From Azolla caroliniana (taxonomy: Eukaryota > Plantae > Polypodiophyta), in assembly GCA_043228905.1 (NCBI GenBank), contig JBHGNT010000014.1:14756001-14820000 (forward strand): DNA of 64,000 nt. The letters are read 5' to 3'. This document shows positions 23,546 to 36,415 of this stretch, one piece after another. The stretch's first letter is position 1, and each line of letters opens with the position of its first letter. A program made the position numbers and the translations under genes. The notes under the pieces were generated by a model that was given only the letters and a program-made list of their open reading frames with translations, made no database searches and had not been told where the DNA came from.

Positions 23546-26299
23546 TATTTTCAAAAGCTTTACTTTGATAATTTTATATGTAAATTCTCATACATGAGAG
23601 CTTAGATGAGTTACATGGTTATCATGTAACACACGTAATACATGAGCGCCAAATGGCAAACATGCATCTCATGCATGTCTTGCACCCTCACAGGCATCAT
23701 GTGCATGGGGGCATCTATAAAAGAGTGGATGGAGAGGAAAAACGGGTCATGTATGAATCAAGAAATTAAGGGAAAGAAAATTTGTTATCCCATTTTTGTG
23801 ATGTATTAATCTTGTCTTTGAATCTAAAGTCAAGCGTTCTATCTTATCTCAATCTCTCTCTCTTTCAATCTATCTTAAATACTTTCTCGCTAAAGCTTGT
23901 GCAAACTTCGAATCCTTCCGGTCCAGAACCCTGGCGGTTCCGCCTCACGATCCGCGCGTAGTGATGGATCTTTCTTCACGACATAATTAAGTGGTGAACT
24001 CGACGTAAAAGAGGTGGTAGGAAGGATCAAGTCGAGGATCAACCGATACTTGGAGATGGCATCCTCAAGCAATCAAGCGGGAGAATTCGAAAGGATGATG
24101 TTAATCGTCGAACAAATGATGAGATCTCGAGACAACGATGTGAGCATGGAGAAGGACGTCAACCGTGTCGTGGAGCTCAAGGGTCAATTTGATGGAAGGA
24201 ACATTACAAAGTTCCTTGATGCATACAAAAGGGTGATGAATCAAAGGGACGTGTCTGAAGCGCATCAAATCACAAGTTTCAAGAGAGTGGTCGCCAATAA
24301 CATCCAAAGGCGGGTCATCGAGCTTCAAGAAGGGAAGACAACGTGGTCTGAGTTCGAGAGAGCAATATTATCTGAGTTTGCGACGGAAGATTTGTCGAGG
24401 ATGACTCGACATGTCTTGATGAAGTGGGTAGAGAAGAAGAATAAGAAGATGAGCGCTTCGAGGGTGTACGACGAGTTTGACCAAATGTTTCGTCGTCTCC
24501 CTGCCACAAACCAAGTGCTACTTGAGGAGGACAAGACTTTGTACTTCTTGCCCGGGGACTCCACTATATAAAAGAAGGTTGTATCATGTGCGTTCATGAC
24601 ATCATTTATAAACCCCTTATACGTATGTTTTTTACTATTTTAGAGGCCCTTTGGTAAAAAAAAAAAGATTAATAAAAATACCCCCTATTACCAATATATT
24701 TTTTGATAACCACCTATTTTAAATGCCCTTACATAGAAAATATACATGCACACATAGTTTTTAATCCAAGAAACCTAGAATGGATCTATGACCCTCTTTA
24801 CAATTGATGACTGACAAATTTGTGAAAGAAAATTAAACAGCATATGAAATTTTGTAGAAATGCTTCATCAAGTACCGCATAAATTGAAAACACAATGTGT
24901 AAAGTATATAGTAATGCACAAACAATTCAAAAACATTAGAGGTATATAATATATAAGCCACATATAAGTTCATGTCAATAGTTTATTTAAACATATGAAG
25001 AATATGAAGTGATAAAAAAGAATGTAATTTACAAAAAAATCAATCTTGAACTTGACATGCATATCTCAAAGAGCACACATGGGACAATCCAAATGCATAT
25101 CAATAATGAAATTACTAACAAATTAACATTATGTTTGGTTTAATGGATAAACTCATAAGAAGCCACTACATTATTTTTTCCCAAATACATTGATCAAACA
25201 AATGATAACATATGTTATATTTCCATTTGAAATGTAAGACATCACACTATAAAAATGAGATAAAATTAATCATTTTGTTGTTCAATGTCTACTTAAAATA
25301 CTTATTACAATAAAGGTTATCTTCATAAAGACCAACTATATAAATAGAAAACCCAAAGAAGCTTATTTTAGGTTATAAATTTCATGTAGTTTCTATCTTC
25401 AAGGTTGGACCTGTATTACAGCCATGACATCACTCTACGCCCTCTCCACATCCTTGGTTTGTTTCATACTTTCTTTTTGAATCTCAATAATATGACCTTT
25501 CAAGGAGGAGGATGCTTGTTGCTCTCTTGGTTACTCGTTTCCTTCTGAGTAGTTCATGTAAGGCATGAGGAAAAGCAAAAGTTGCATTTTTATCAAAATC
25601 AGTAACTCATAAACAGAATCATCATAAAAAATACCAGAATAGTTATTAAGGATCATTGATATAGGACTTCTATATAATTGGGTCCAAACAAAGGTCTTAT
25701 ACTTTCTTTATGACAAAACAATCCAATCTTAGCTTATGTATTTCAAATATCAATGATTTACGTTCAAAAAAAATTCTAAATTTTATCCAAAATATATTCT
25801 TTTCCAAATTTTTGGGGGTTTCAAATTTCCTGCTATATAATTCAAAAACTTATTTGAGAATAAGTCAAGTTATTAATGTTCATAACGTGGGACACAAGTA
25901 TGTACCTACACCAATGGGCCTCATATAACTCTTATATGGTTTCTATAGATGATATATCATATCTAAGGCATCCTTGGAAAAATAATGCTTCAATTTCTCA
26001 ACTTTAGTGTTACTACAAGACCATATGAGAACCATTGTATATTATCAATACATCAACCATATGTGTGCATATCCAAAACTATGAACATTTATGGTAAATA
26101 ATTATGAATAAATAGATCCACAACTATGAGGATTCATGATCAGTAATAAAAAAACAATTTTACATATTTAAGAACAACCTGGACAAAGATGTATGTTTTC
26201 TCTCTAGCGGAATTGTTTCTACCACCATCAAACAAGCAAGCAAATAAACATGGTTGGCCACCAATGACAACTAACTGTTTTAAATAATTCAATAGAAAC

Positions 26300-26593
26300 C
26301 TGGGATACAAAAAGTTGGGCCTATCCCCTCCACTCAAACAATCCTTGAGCATACGTAGATGATACTCGAGCATCTAATAATGGCAATAAAAAAAGAATCT
26401 TCATAAAAATTAGAGAAGGCTCAATCAATACCATTATAATTATGAAATTATACAGTAAACCAACGTTTATATTACCTCTCGATATATGAGTTCCCTTACA
26501 TCCTTTTTTGAAACTCTTCTTCTCTCGAATTCAAACTCCAACTTACTCATGGGTTACCTTAGCTAAGCCCTTGAAGTAATGATTTACTAAGGT
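26300..26593 (-). pseudogene. captured fragment of a plant group-D (TDY-type, MPK8/9/15-20 family) MAP kinase gene: two exons and an intron
   Basis: Exon 26593-26476 TLVNHYFKGLAKV[frameshifting deletion]PMSKLEFEFERRRVSKKDVRELIYRE; GT-AG intron 26475-26374; exon 26373-26300 MLEYHLRMLKDCLSGGDRPNFLYP then GT; matches the group-D pattern ALADPYFKGLAKVEREPS.QPI.K.EFEFERRR..K.D.RELIYREILEYHP..L.DY..G....F.YPS. Confidence 0.85.
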
Positions 26594-26899
26594 CTTCACA
26601 AAAACTAGTAAAACTTTTAGCAATCTCTTCTTGGACTCAAACTAGAATAAATACAAGCACAAACTCTACTTTCATATTCATCAAAGATGAAACAAGTTCA
26701 ATGAGAGTGTACCTTCTTTGCAAAATAATAAGTAATTATCTCTCGGCACCTAAAGATTGCAAATTCTGTGTTAAGAACATGAAATGTGTATATTTAAATA
26801 GATTACTATATTGTCTAGAATATAGTCGTTGGGTTGTCATGAAATACAACTCTTGTCAATCCGAAATCACATATTTTAACCTTGCAATCAACATTTGCA

Positions 26900-27369
26900 A
26901 GCACACGTGTGTGTTTGTGTGTGTGTGCGCGCATATGTATGCATTGTATTGTACTCCATGTTATGTATGTATGTGTGTACATATTGTATTGTATTCATTG
27001 AATTGCATGTGTATGTATTTACATATTGTATTGTAATGCATGTGTTGTATGTATGTAATGTGTGTGTGTTTGTGTGTGTGAATGTTCTATACATGTGCAT
27101 ATGTATGTATTGTATTGTATGTATGGAATGTGTGTGCGAATGTTCTATACATGTGCATATGTATGTATTATATTGTATGTATGGAATGTGTGTGTGAATG
27201 TTCTATACATGTGCATATGTATGCATTATATTGTATGTATGGAATGTGTGTATGCATGTATGTATGTGTTAGATGTGTGTGTGTGTGTATGTGTGTGTTA
27301 TATATATGTGCATATGTATGTATTGTATTGTATGTATGGAATGTGTGTATGCATGTATGTATGTGTTAG

Positions 27370-27422
<53 letters not shown>

Positions 27423-27983
27423 TGTTATATATATGTGCATATGTATGTATTGTATTGTATGTATGGAATGTGTGTATGCATGTATGTATGTGTTAGATGT
27501 GTGTGTGAGTATATGCTCTATACATGTGCAGATGCATGTATTGTATTGCATGTGTGTGTATGTATGTGTTGTTTGTGTGTGTTATATATATGTGCATATG
27601 TATGTATTGTATTGTATGTATGGAATATGTGTATGCATGTATGTATGTGTTAGATGTGTGTGTGAGTATATGCTCTATACATGTGCATATGCATGTATTG
27701 TATTGCATGTGTGTGTGTATGTGTTGTTTGTGTATGTTATATATATGTGCATATGTATGTATTGTATTGTATGTATGTATGTGTTATATATATTTGCATA
27801 CGTATGTATTGTATTGAATGTGTGTATATGTATATGTGTATGTGTTATGTGTGTGTGCGTGAGAGAGAGAGAGAGAGTATATGTTCTATACATGTGCATA
27901 TGTATGTGTTGTTTGTGTGTGTTATATATATGTGCATATGTATGTATTGTATTGCATGTGTATATATGTATATGTGTATGTGT

Positions 27984-28063
<80 letters not shown>

Positions 28064-30041
28064 TATATGTTCTATACATGTGCATATGTATGTATTGTAT
28101 TGCATGTGTGTATGTATGTGTTGTTTGTGTGTGTTATATATATGTCCATATGTATGTATTGTATTGCATTGCATGTGTATATATGTATGTGTATGTGTTG
28201 TTTGTGTGTTCTATATATGTGCATATGTATGTATTGTATTGCATGTGTATATATGTGTGTGTGTATGTGCCATGTGTGTGTGTGTGTGTGTGTTCTATAT
28301 ATGTGCATATGTTTGTATTGCATTGCATGTGTATATATGTATGTGTGTGAGAGTATATATTCTATATATGTGCATATGTATGTATGTGTTGTGTCCGTGT
28401 GTGTATTTCTTTTACATACCTGTAAATATTTTATGAACAGTAGTTGTGGCAGTAGCTACAAAGGATAGTGGCGACCAATGGCGGCACAATGAGGCGAGGT
28501 AAGGCAGCACAACAAGGCGAGTAGAGGTGGAAATGACAATACGAAGAGAACAAAGGAAGTTGCAAGGAGAGTAGAGGCAACAAAAACGAGAAGAATAGAG
28601 GTAACAACAAAGCGTAGAACAAAGGCGACAAAACCAAGAGAGTAGAGGAGGCAGCATTAGGCGGCAAAATGGGGCGGCAAAACTCAAAATTAAAAAATGT
28701 GAATGTATCAATGTTATGTTGACTATGAATGTATGTATCTATGAATGAATGAATATATGAAATTTGAATGCATGAATATATGTATACATGCATGAATATA
28801 TGTATGCTTGCATGAATGTATGTATGTATGTATATGTATATGTATATAATATACATATGTAATGTATGTATGTATGAATGAATATATATATGTATACATT
28901 GATATGTGTATATATCTAATATGTAATATGTAATGTATGTATGTATGAATGAACATATATATATGTATGCATACATATGTGTATATATCTAATATGTAAT
29001 ACGTAATGCATCTATGTATGAATGTACATATGTGTATATGCAATATGTAATGTATGTATGTATGAATGAATATATATATGTATACATACATAATATGTGT
29101 ATATATCTAATATGTAATATGTAATATGTAATGTATCTATGAATGAATGTACTTACGTGTATATGCAATATGTAATGTATGTATGTATGAATGTACATAC
29201 ATATATATGCATATATGTAATGTATGTATGTATGTATATGTATATAATGTACATATGTAATGTATGTATGAATGAATATATATATTGTGGTGTGCATGTG
29301 CACAATATTTATACATACATACGTGTATATGCAATATGCAATGCATGTATGTATATGTATATAATGTACATATGTAATGTATGTATGAATGAATATATAT
29401 ATTGTGGTGTGCATGTGCACAATATGTATACATACATATGTGTATATATCTAATGTGTAATAGGTAATGTATCTATGTATGAATGTACATACGTGTATAT
29501 ACAATATGCAATGTATGTTTGTATATGTATATAATGTATGTATGAATGAATATATATATTGTGGTGTGCATGTGCACAATATGTATACATACATATGTGT
29601 ATATATCTAATATGTAATATGTAATGTATGAATGAATATATGTACATGAGTAATGTATGAATGTAGAATGCGTATATATGTAATATGTAATGTATGTATG
29701 TGGATGTTTGTTTGTAATATGTGCGTAATATGTATGTATATATGTACATATTCTAGTTTGTATGACCCCATGTGACCTACATATATGCTGATATGTGGAA
29801 TATGTATGTATGTATGTGTATGAGTGTATGTTTGTAAAATTTATACACATATCATTGTAACCATAAACACGTATATACATGTAGCAATGTATAAATGAAT
29901 ATATGCATGTCCATGTATGAATGTACATATGTGTATGAATATGTAATGTATGTATATTTTTATGTGAATGAATATGTGCATATGTGTGTGTGTGTGTGTG
30001 TGTGTGGATGTTTGTTTGTAATATGTATGTATGTGTATGTG

Positions 30042-30077
<36 letters not shown>

Positions 30078-32050
30078 GTATGTGTGTGTATCTAATATAT
30101 GTATGTATGTGTATGTATATGTATGTATATGTATGTATAAAAGACTATATGTATGTCCATGTACAAATGTACATATGTGTATGCATATATGCATATGTCA
30201 TGTATGTATGTGTCTGCATATATGCATAGTATGTACGTATGTATGTATGTATGTATGTATGTATGTATGTATGTATGTATGTATGTATGTATGTATGTAT
30301 GTATGTATGTATGTATGTATGTATGTATGTATGTGTGTGTGTATGTGTGTATGTGTGTATGTGTGTATGTGTGTATGGATGCATGCATGCATGTATGTGT
30401 ATGCGTATATCCATATGACAATGTACATGATTCAATGTGTATGGATGTGTGATTGTCATATGTGCATAATATTTATGTACATATATGTCTAATGTATAAA
30501 TGAATATAGGTATGTTCATGTATGAATGTACAAATGTGTATGCATATGTAATGTATGTATGTATATGCATATGTCAACGTACATGATTCAATGTATATGA
30601 ATGTGCGATTGTAATATATGCATATGCAATGTATGTATGTTCATGCATAAATGTACATATATGTATATATGTATATATGTAATGTATGTATGTGTAATAG
30701 TGGTTGCATATATGTGTACATGAGTGTGTGGATGTTTATTCATAATATTTATGTATGTGTATATATATATATGTATTTATTGTAGTCGGTGATGATATAT
30801 ATGTACATATGTAATGTATGTATGCATGTGTATGGATGTCTGTTTGTAAAACTTATAACATTGCAGGCATATGTACGTATATATATGGTGATATGTGGAA
30901 CATGTATGTACATATGTAATGTATGTATGTGTATGCATATATCTATATGTCAATATACATCTTTCAATGAGTATGAATGTGTTTGTAATATGTGCATAAT
31001 ATGTATGTATATATCCAATGTATGTGTGTGTGTGTGTGGTCATATGTATGTAAATGTTTGAATGTGTATATATGTAATGTATTTATGTATGTATATTTTT
31101 GGGATATTTTCATGTTTAATATGTATATGGCTCGTATATGGATGTATGTTTGTAATATGTATGTAATATGCATGTATATATCCAATGTATGTGTAAGTAT
31201 ACATATATCTAGTGTGTGTGTGTGTGTGTAAGTATTGTGGTTCGTATGGTTCAATATAATCTATATATATGGTGATATGTGGAATATGTATGTACATATG
31301 TAATATATCTATGTATGTATCTATACATATATGTAATAATAATAATGTATGTATATATGTAATTTATGTATGTGTAAATTTGTATATTGTGTAATAGGTA
31401 TGGATTATATGCTATGTAATATCTAATTTATTTATGTGTGTGTGCACGTGTATATACATAATATACATATATGTAATATATGTAACTTGTTTGTAAATTG
31501 TAAATATGAAGATTTGTATACATATAATATGTAATCTTAGGTATTAATATGTATGTGATGTGTACATATATAATATGTAATATGTAATTTAATTTTTTGT
31601 GTTTTGTATGTATATATGCATTTGTGTATGTATATATGCAATATGTAATTTTATTGCATGTATTATGTATATATGTATGTCAATACATACATATATACAT
31701 AAAACATATGTATGTTTTTACTTTCGATGAATGGGTAAATATCCCATTTTTGTTGTAAACCAATTGTCTCATGGGCCAAATTTTGTCTTAGAAGACGTTA
31801 ATATATATTTCTTTCTTTCTTTCAATATATATGGCTGATTCTAATATGTATGCAGTATGTAATGCATGTATGTATGTGTATGTACTTATTTACATATGGT
31901 AATATATATTTGTACATATATTTATGTTTAGTCAATATGCAGGTATAAATGGGTGTAATGTACGTATATACATATTCATGGATGTAATGTTTGAATGTAG
32001 GTATATATGGATGCATGCATGTGTATGTATTTATGTATGTATATATGCTA
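26900..32050. repeat. ~5-kb complex microsatellite/minisatellite (TG, TA, TATG, GA) with higher-order units
   Basis: Direct reading; recurring tgtgcatatgtatgtattgtattg units, pure (TATG)n at ~30237-30333. Confidence 0.97.
31722..31802 (+). mobile_element. ~80-bp 3'-terminal fragment of the LINE family at 56260-57764
   Basis: Aligns with 57685-57764 (tgggtaaa..ttgttgtaaaccaat.gtctcatgggccaa..aagacgttaat). Confidence 0.8.
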
Positions 32051-32661
32051 CTCCAAATTTGAGTATTGTTTGCATAATACATTCTTTACTATCTCATTGA
32101 AATATCTAATATTTCACGGGCTTATGTAAAAAAATTTTCCAGCATAATTGATAATACCCTTATGTAAATATATATTTTCAAATCCTTATTAATACCCTTA
32201 TATATATATTATGTATCTCACTGATTAATTTAAACCCCTTTTGATGAACTCACGTGCTATCATACAAGTTTTGAGAGTGAAACCTTCGAGACTTCTTGAA
32301 AGTTGTAGATGTGAAGGATAGACAAGAATTGGGGACTCTTCTTGAAGATGAAACCCAAGCAAATGGGCTTGTGGCAGACTGGATTGCGGTGAATCGAGCA
32401 TGCAACAGGCTCGACAAGCGTTGTCAGTGGCTTCATGATATTGACTTGGCAAGGACGAGAGTAGAAAAATCAAGACCATCTAAAGAAGTAGAGACGCCTA
32501 CACAACACATCTTACACGAAAAGAAGATTGATGATGACTCGAGGACGGTGAAGGCCACTTCAAAGGAGGACAAATGTTTTAGGACATGCGTCATGTTCGA
32601 AACAACGGATGATGAAGGAGCAAGCCTAATCGAAGCTTACATTAAGGAAGATAAAGAGTGA

Positions 32662-34082
32662 GATCGACATGATGGAGGATCTAGCTACTAAAATCAACAT
32701 CGAGGAGGCGGCTATCAACAAGACAATAAGCGTCGACAACGATCATGGCCGGATTTTCTCCACACTTGTTCTAGAGACTTGGGCAGTTGCGTCCAAGAAC
32801 CAACGTGAGACCTAAGAGACAGAAGGTGTAGGCGAGGAGCGAAAGGTCGAAACGAATACATGCGACGAAGAGATAAGCATAATCAAAGCTTGCTCAATCA
32901 AGAGGGTCAATGGATACAAGGCCAATGAGATTGAAGAGATAGCCACAAAAAATGACATCGAGTCAGAGGTGGCTATGGAAGAATTAATGGCAGATGGCCG
33001 CGTCGAGGATTCCTTCACATAAGTTCCGGAGACTTGGGCAGTTGTAGAGAGCCAACGTGAGACCCAAGAGATGGAAGGTGGTAGTAAGGGGAAGGACCAA
33101 GACGGTGTGCACAACATCGAGGCGAAGATAGATATGGACGAGTCAATGGTGAATGATGGTAGTGATAAGACTTTCCCCACACTCGTTCTAGAGACTTGGG
33201 CAGTTGCGTCCGAGAACCAACAGAAGATCCAAGAGACGAAAGGTGGCAACAAGGGGGAGTTCAAATCTGATGTGAAAGATGACATCAAGACAAAGGTGTC
33301 GAAGGCAATTGACCAAAGACAAACAAATTCCTTCGCACATGTTCTAGAAACTTGGGCAATTGTGGTTCAAAGCCAACGTGAGACCCAAGAGACAGAAGAT
33401 GATGTCGGGGAAGAGAAGGTCCAAGCTGTTGCAAATAACGATGTTGGGGAGTGGCCCAAATACATATGGATCTCTCCACATTCGTTCCAGAGACTTGGGC
33501 ATTAACTGATGTAAGACCCAAGAGAAGGACAATGACGACAAAGAAGCAAGGGTTGAAGCTTATGTGTGGGAGGAAGAGGTCAAGCAAAGCATAGAGACAA
33601 AAGTTGATGCGTACAACGAAGAGTTTGAGCAAAGTATGACAAGGAATGACAATGGCCAAGCGAGCCATCAGGATCCGATGGATGTGATCAAAACATCTAG
33701 CAAAGATGCTAGTGTGAAGATTGTCGACTCTAATATGAGATTGTATCATGAAACTGGACAAAGTGAGAAATATAGAGCATGGTCGTGTAAGGATCTCAAA
33801 GTAGGCATGCACTTGAAGATACTACATGGGGTAATCAATGTCATTATTCAGATAAAGGCTTGGCGAGAAAGACACAAAACAAAAATGTGCAATGGGTCAA
33901 AGTGCTTTAAGCAAGCAGACGATCGAGATGAAGGTGGAACATGCATAAAGCCTAAAGATTTATGTTCGAAAGGAGAACAAGGGGCCATGACAACTGGTCA
34001 TGGTAAAGCAAAGAATGAGCCAATAATATGGTGGATTGGATGGCCACAATGGTTCATGCTCAAGATGGAGGAATCGTACTAA
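32662..34082 (+). pseudogene. degraded acidic repetitive ORF following gag in element E
   Basis: Five repeats with core gttctagagacttgggcagttg (VLETWAVA) at ~32768, 33023, 33185, 33341 and 33484; D/E/K-rich frames. Confidence 0.55.
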
Positions 34083-36415
34083 TCACCGTAGCCGAAATCT
34101 CTCACTCTCTCTTCTTGGCAAGTACCGGAGTACGTGCAATTTGGTGGGGGTGGATGTCGTGAAGATTTTCGGCAATGGTGTGAAAATTGCGAGGAACATA
34201 CAAAATTAAGTGTGGTTCTTCACACACGATATGAAACAATAATAGTAAAGATACTATTTTAGATTAGTTTAATATCTTGGTACAAAAAGATGGAGGTCTT
34301 CAAGAGCTTTCGAATACACTTTACCACATAAGAAACAGACAAATAAGTGGCAAGTTATGTGGGTATGAAATTTGCGAAGAAGAAGAGAAAAAACAAAACT
34401 ACGAGATATCCCACATAGACAGGACAAATAAGGATTCCAGAGTATATAAGCAGGGCCAAAATCTATTACTTTGTGTTTATGTGTGGATCATAGATGGTTT
34501 AAGTTGACTTTAGTTAAACTAACCGGATGAAAGGGTGTGACCTAACTACTTGTAAAGGTTTTGGTTGACCGGCGACCAGACGTGTCGAATATGAGTGTAT
34601 AATGACCGTATTCACACTGTCCCCTTGGATAGCCCAAGTTTGGGCTATTTCTGTAAATAGCACAAAGGGCAGTTGCCCTAGGACAGTCACTATATAAAGT
34701 GACTTTGTAACCTGTTAGTGTTGGTTGGTTGTAATTCTTGTAGTTGTTGCTATTGACAAATAAAATCCTGATTATTTGTGCCTATATATCTCTCTTTGTG
34801 TGTGCGTATCTAGTGTTAATTCGCATACGCAGGTTCTTCACCATCACAGACGTTGTCTGCTCTTCCACATTGACGGCCTTGTCCCCAACATTTGGTATCA
34901 AAGCGTTGGAGGTTCTTCAACCCACTGTCAGCCGTCATAGTACACCACACAACATTTTGTTTCCGTTTTCCTTGAAGAACAGAAAAGGGAGATGGCAAAA
35001 AAAAAAAAAAACTCACATCTCACTATGTTAAATCACAAATTGGAGTAAGCCAGTCGGCTGTACTCTATTCCTGTGATTGTAACCGCTTGAGGGGAGCTCC
35101 TTGAGCAACAACCGACCCAATCATGCTTCACTCGGCTGATCGACATTCGGGAGGATCAATTGGATCCGTCCCTCTCATTGCTGCAGTCATCTGAAGCATA
35201 ATCGACCCAAACAATCGGTTTCGTGTAATTGGTAATCGGCATACAATCGGAAGCTAACCGGGCTCACTCCGACTCGGCAACATTCGGGAAGACCACCCAG
35301 TTCTGTCCCTCAAGTTACCGGAGTCACTCCGAGCAAGTTCAACAACAAGTATCCGAAACCAAACCGACTCGGGTTCAAAACCGACTAGAACGATATTGGG
35401 TGAGCCGACCGGTTGCACCCCACTAAGGTTCGTAGTCAACTCCGAACCGAGTCTTACCAACCGAAACCGAAGTAGATGGCATCAACATCCGGCTCATTGG
35501 AGATGAGTCTAAGGAGGTTCGACAGTTCGAACTTCAACTTCTAGAAGGAACAAATGGAGGACTATCTCATAGTCAAGGGTCAGATAGACCCGATTGAGAA
35601 TGAAAATCCTCCAAAAGCATACAAGGCAAACGAGTGGCTAAACCTGGACAGAATCGTCTGCGCCACGATTCGAATGCACTTGTCGGAGTCAGTATACTTC
35701 ATAGTGCAATCATGCACGACAACGTTTGAACTTTGGAAAACACTGTCGGAAACTTATGAAAAGAAGGTTGCCGCAACGAAGATGTATCTGATCCGGCGCC
35801 TCTACAACTTGCGGATAAAGGAATCTGATTCGGTTTAGGCACACCTCAACGAGTACGAAAGCATAAGCTCCCAAATCTTGTCTCAGGGGACGACAATCGA
35901 GGATGAACTCAAAACAATGATACTCATGAGTAGTCTCCCCTCTTTGTTGTTCTCTGACCGGACAAGGCCTAACACAAGGTGTCACGGAGACACTTCACCA
36001 AAGGGTGATTACAGCATAGGATTATGACTCAACGATTACACCGACTTAAGTAGGTTACACGATTAGAGCGCCTTTGTTAATTACACGCGTAAGATATAAT
36101 AGTAATTACAGAACGGAAATCAACACAGAAGTATAAACACCATACGCTCTATTAATTATCCGCTCCGATTACAATGGGGTCCGGGCCTTTAAATAGGTTT
36201 CCGGCCCGTAGTACAAAACGGTGCCTATCGCACCTATTCGGGATCCGTCCGGATCTGGAACGGCATACCGTTTCCAGTCCGTCCGTCCATACTATGCTTA
36301 TTTACAACCATACTTAATTAATTCCTTCACTCCGTATTTTGGACTCCTTGCCGGCCGGTAACACATGGCACGCCCGTGGGACAGTACCTTGTACGTCGAA
36401 CCCTTCTCGGCCCCT

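Larger units (their letters stand above)
24551..32290. mobile_element. 7.7-kb non-autonomous DNA-transposon-like insertion (Pack-type) with 8-bp TSD
   Basis: Perfect TSD acttcttg at 24543-24550 and 32291-32298; degenerate terminal inverted similarity (cccggggactccactatat.. vs revcomp ctcgaaggtttcactctca..); CCCTTA-like subterminal motifs; no transposase seen. Confidence 0.8.
24056..32661 (+). pseudogene. gag of element E, split at 24550/32291 by a DNA-transposon-like insertion
   Basis: ..EDKTLYFL | KVVDVKDRQELG.. rejoins in frame once one TSD copy is removed; homologous to gypsy A gag. Confidence 0.88.

Noticed and set aside
26140-26373. Stand-alone 77-aa protein or intact host MAPK gene
   Set aside because: Only the first ~24 codons match MAPK and the rest reads into intron; the kinase domain is absent and the upstream exon is frameshifted
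26701-32082. Many C/V/Y/M- or H/T/I-rich ORFs up to 326 aa
   Set aside because: Translations of TG/TA microsatellite; not genes
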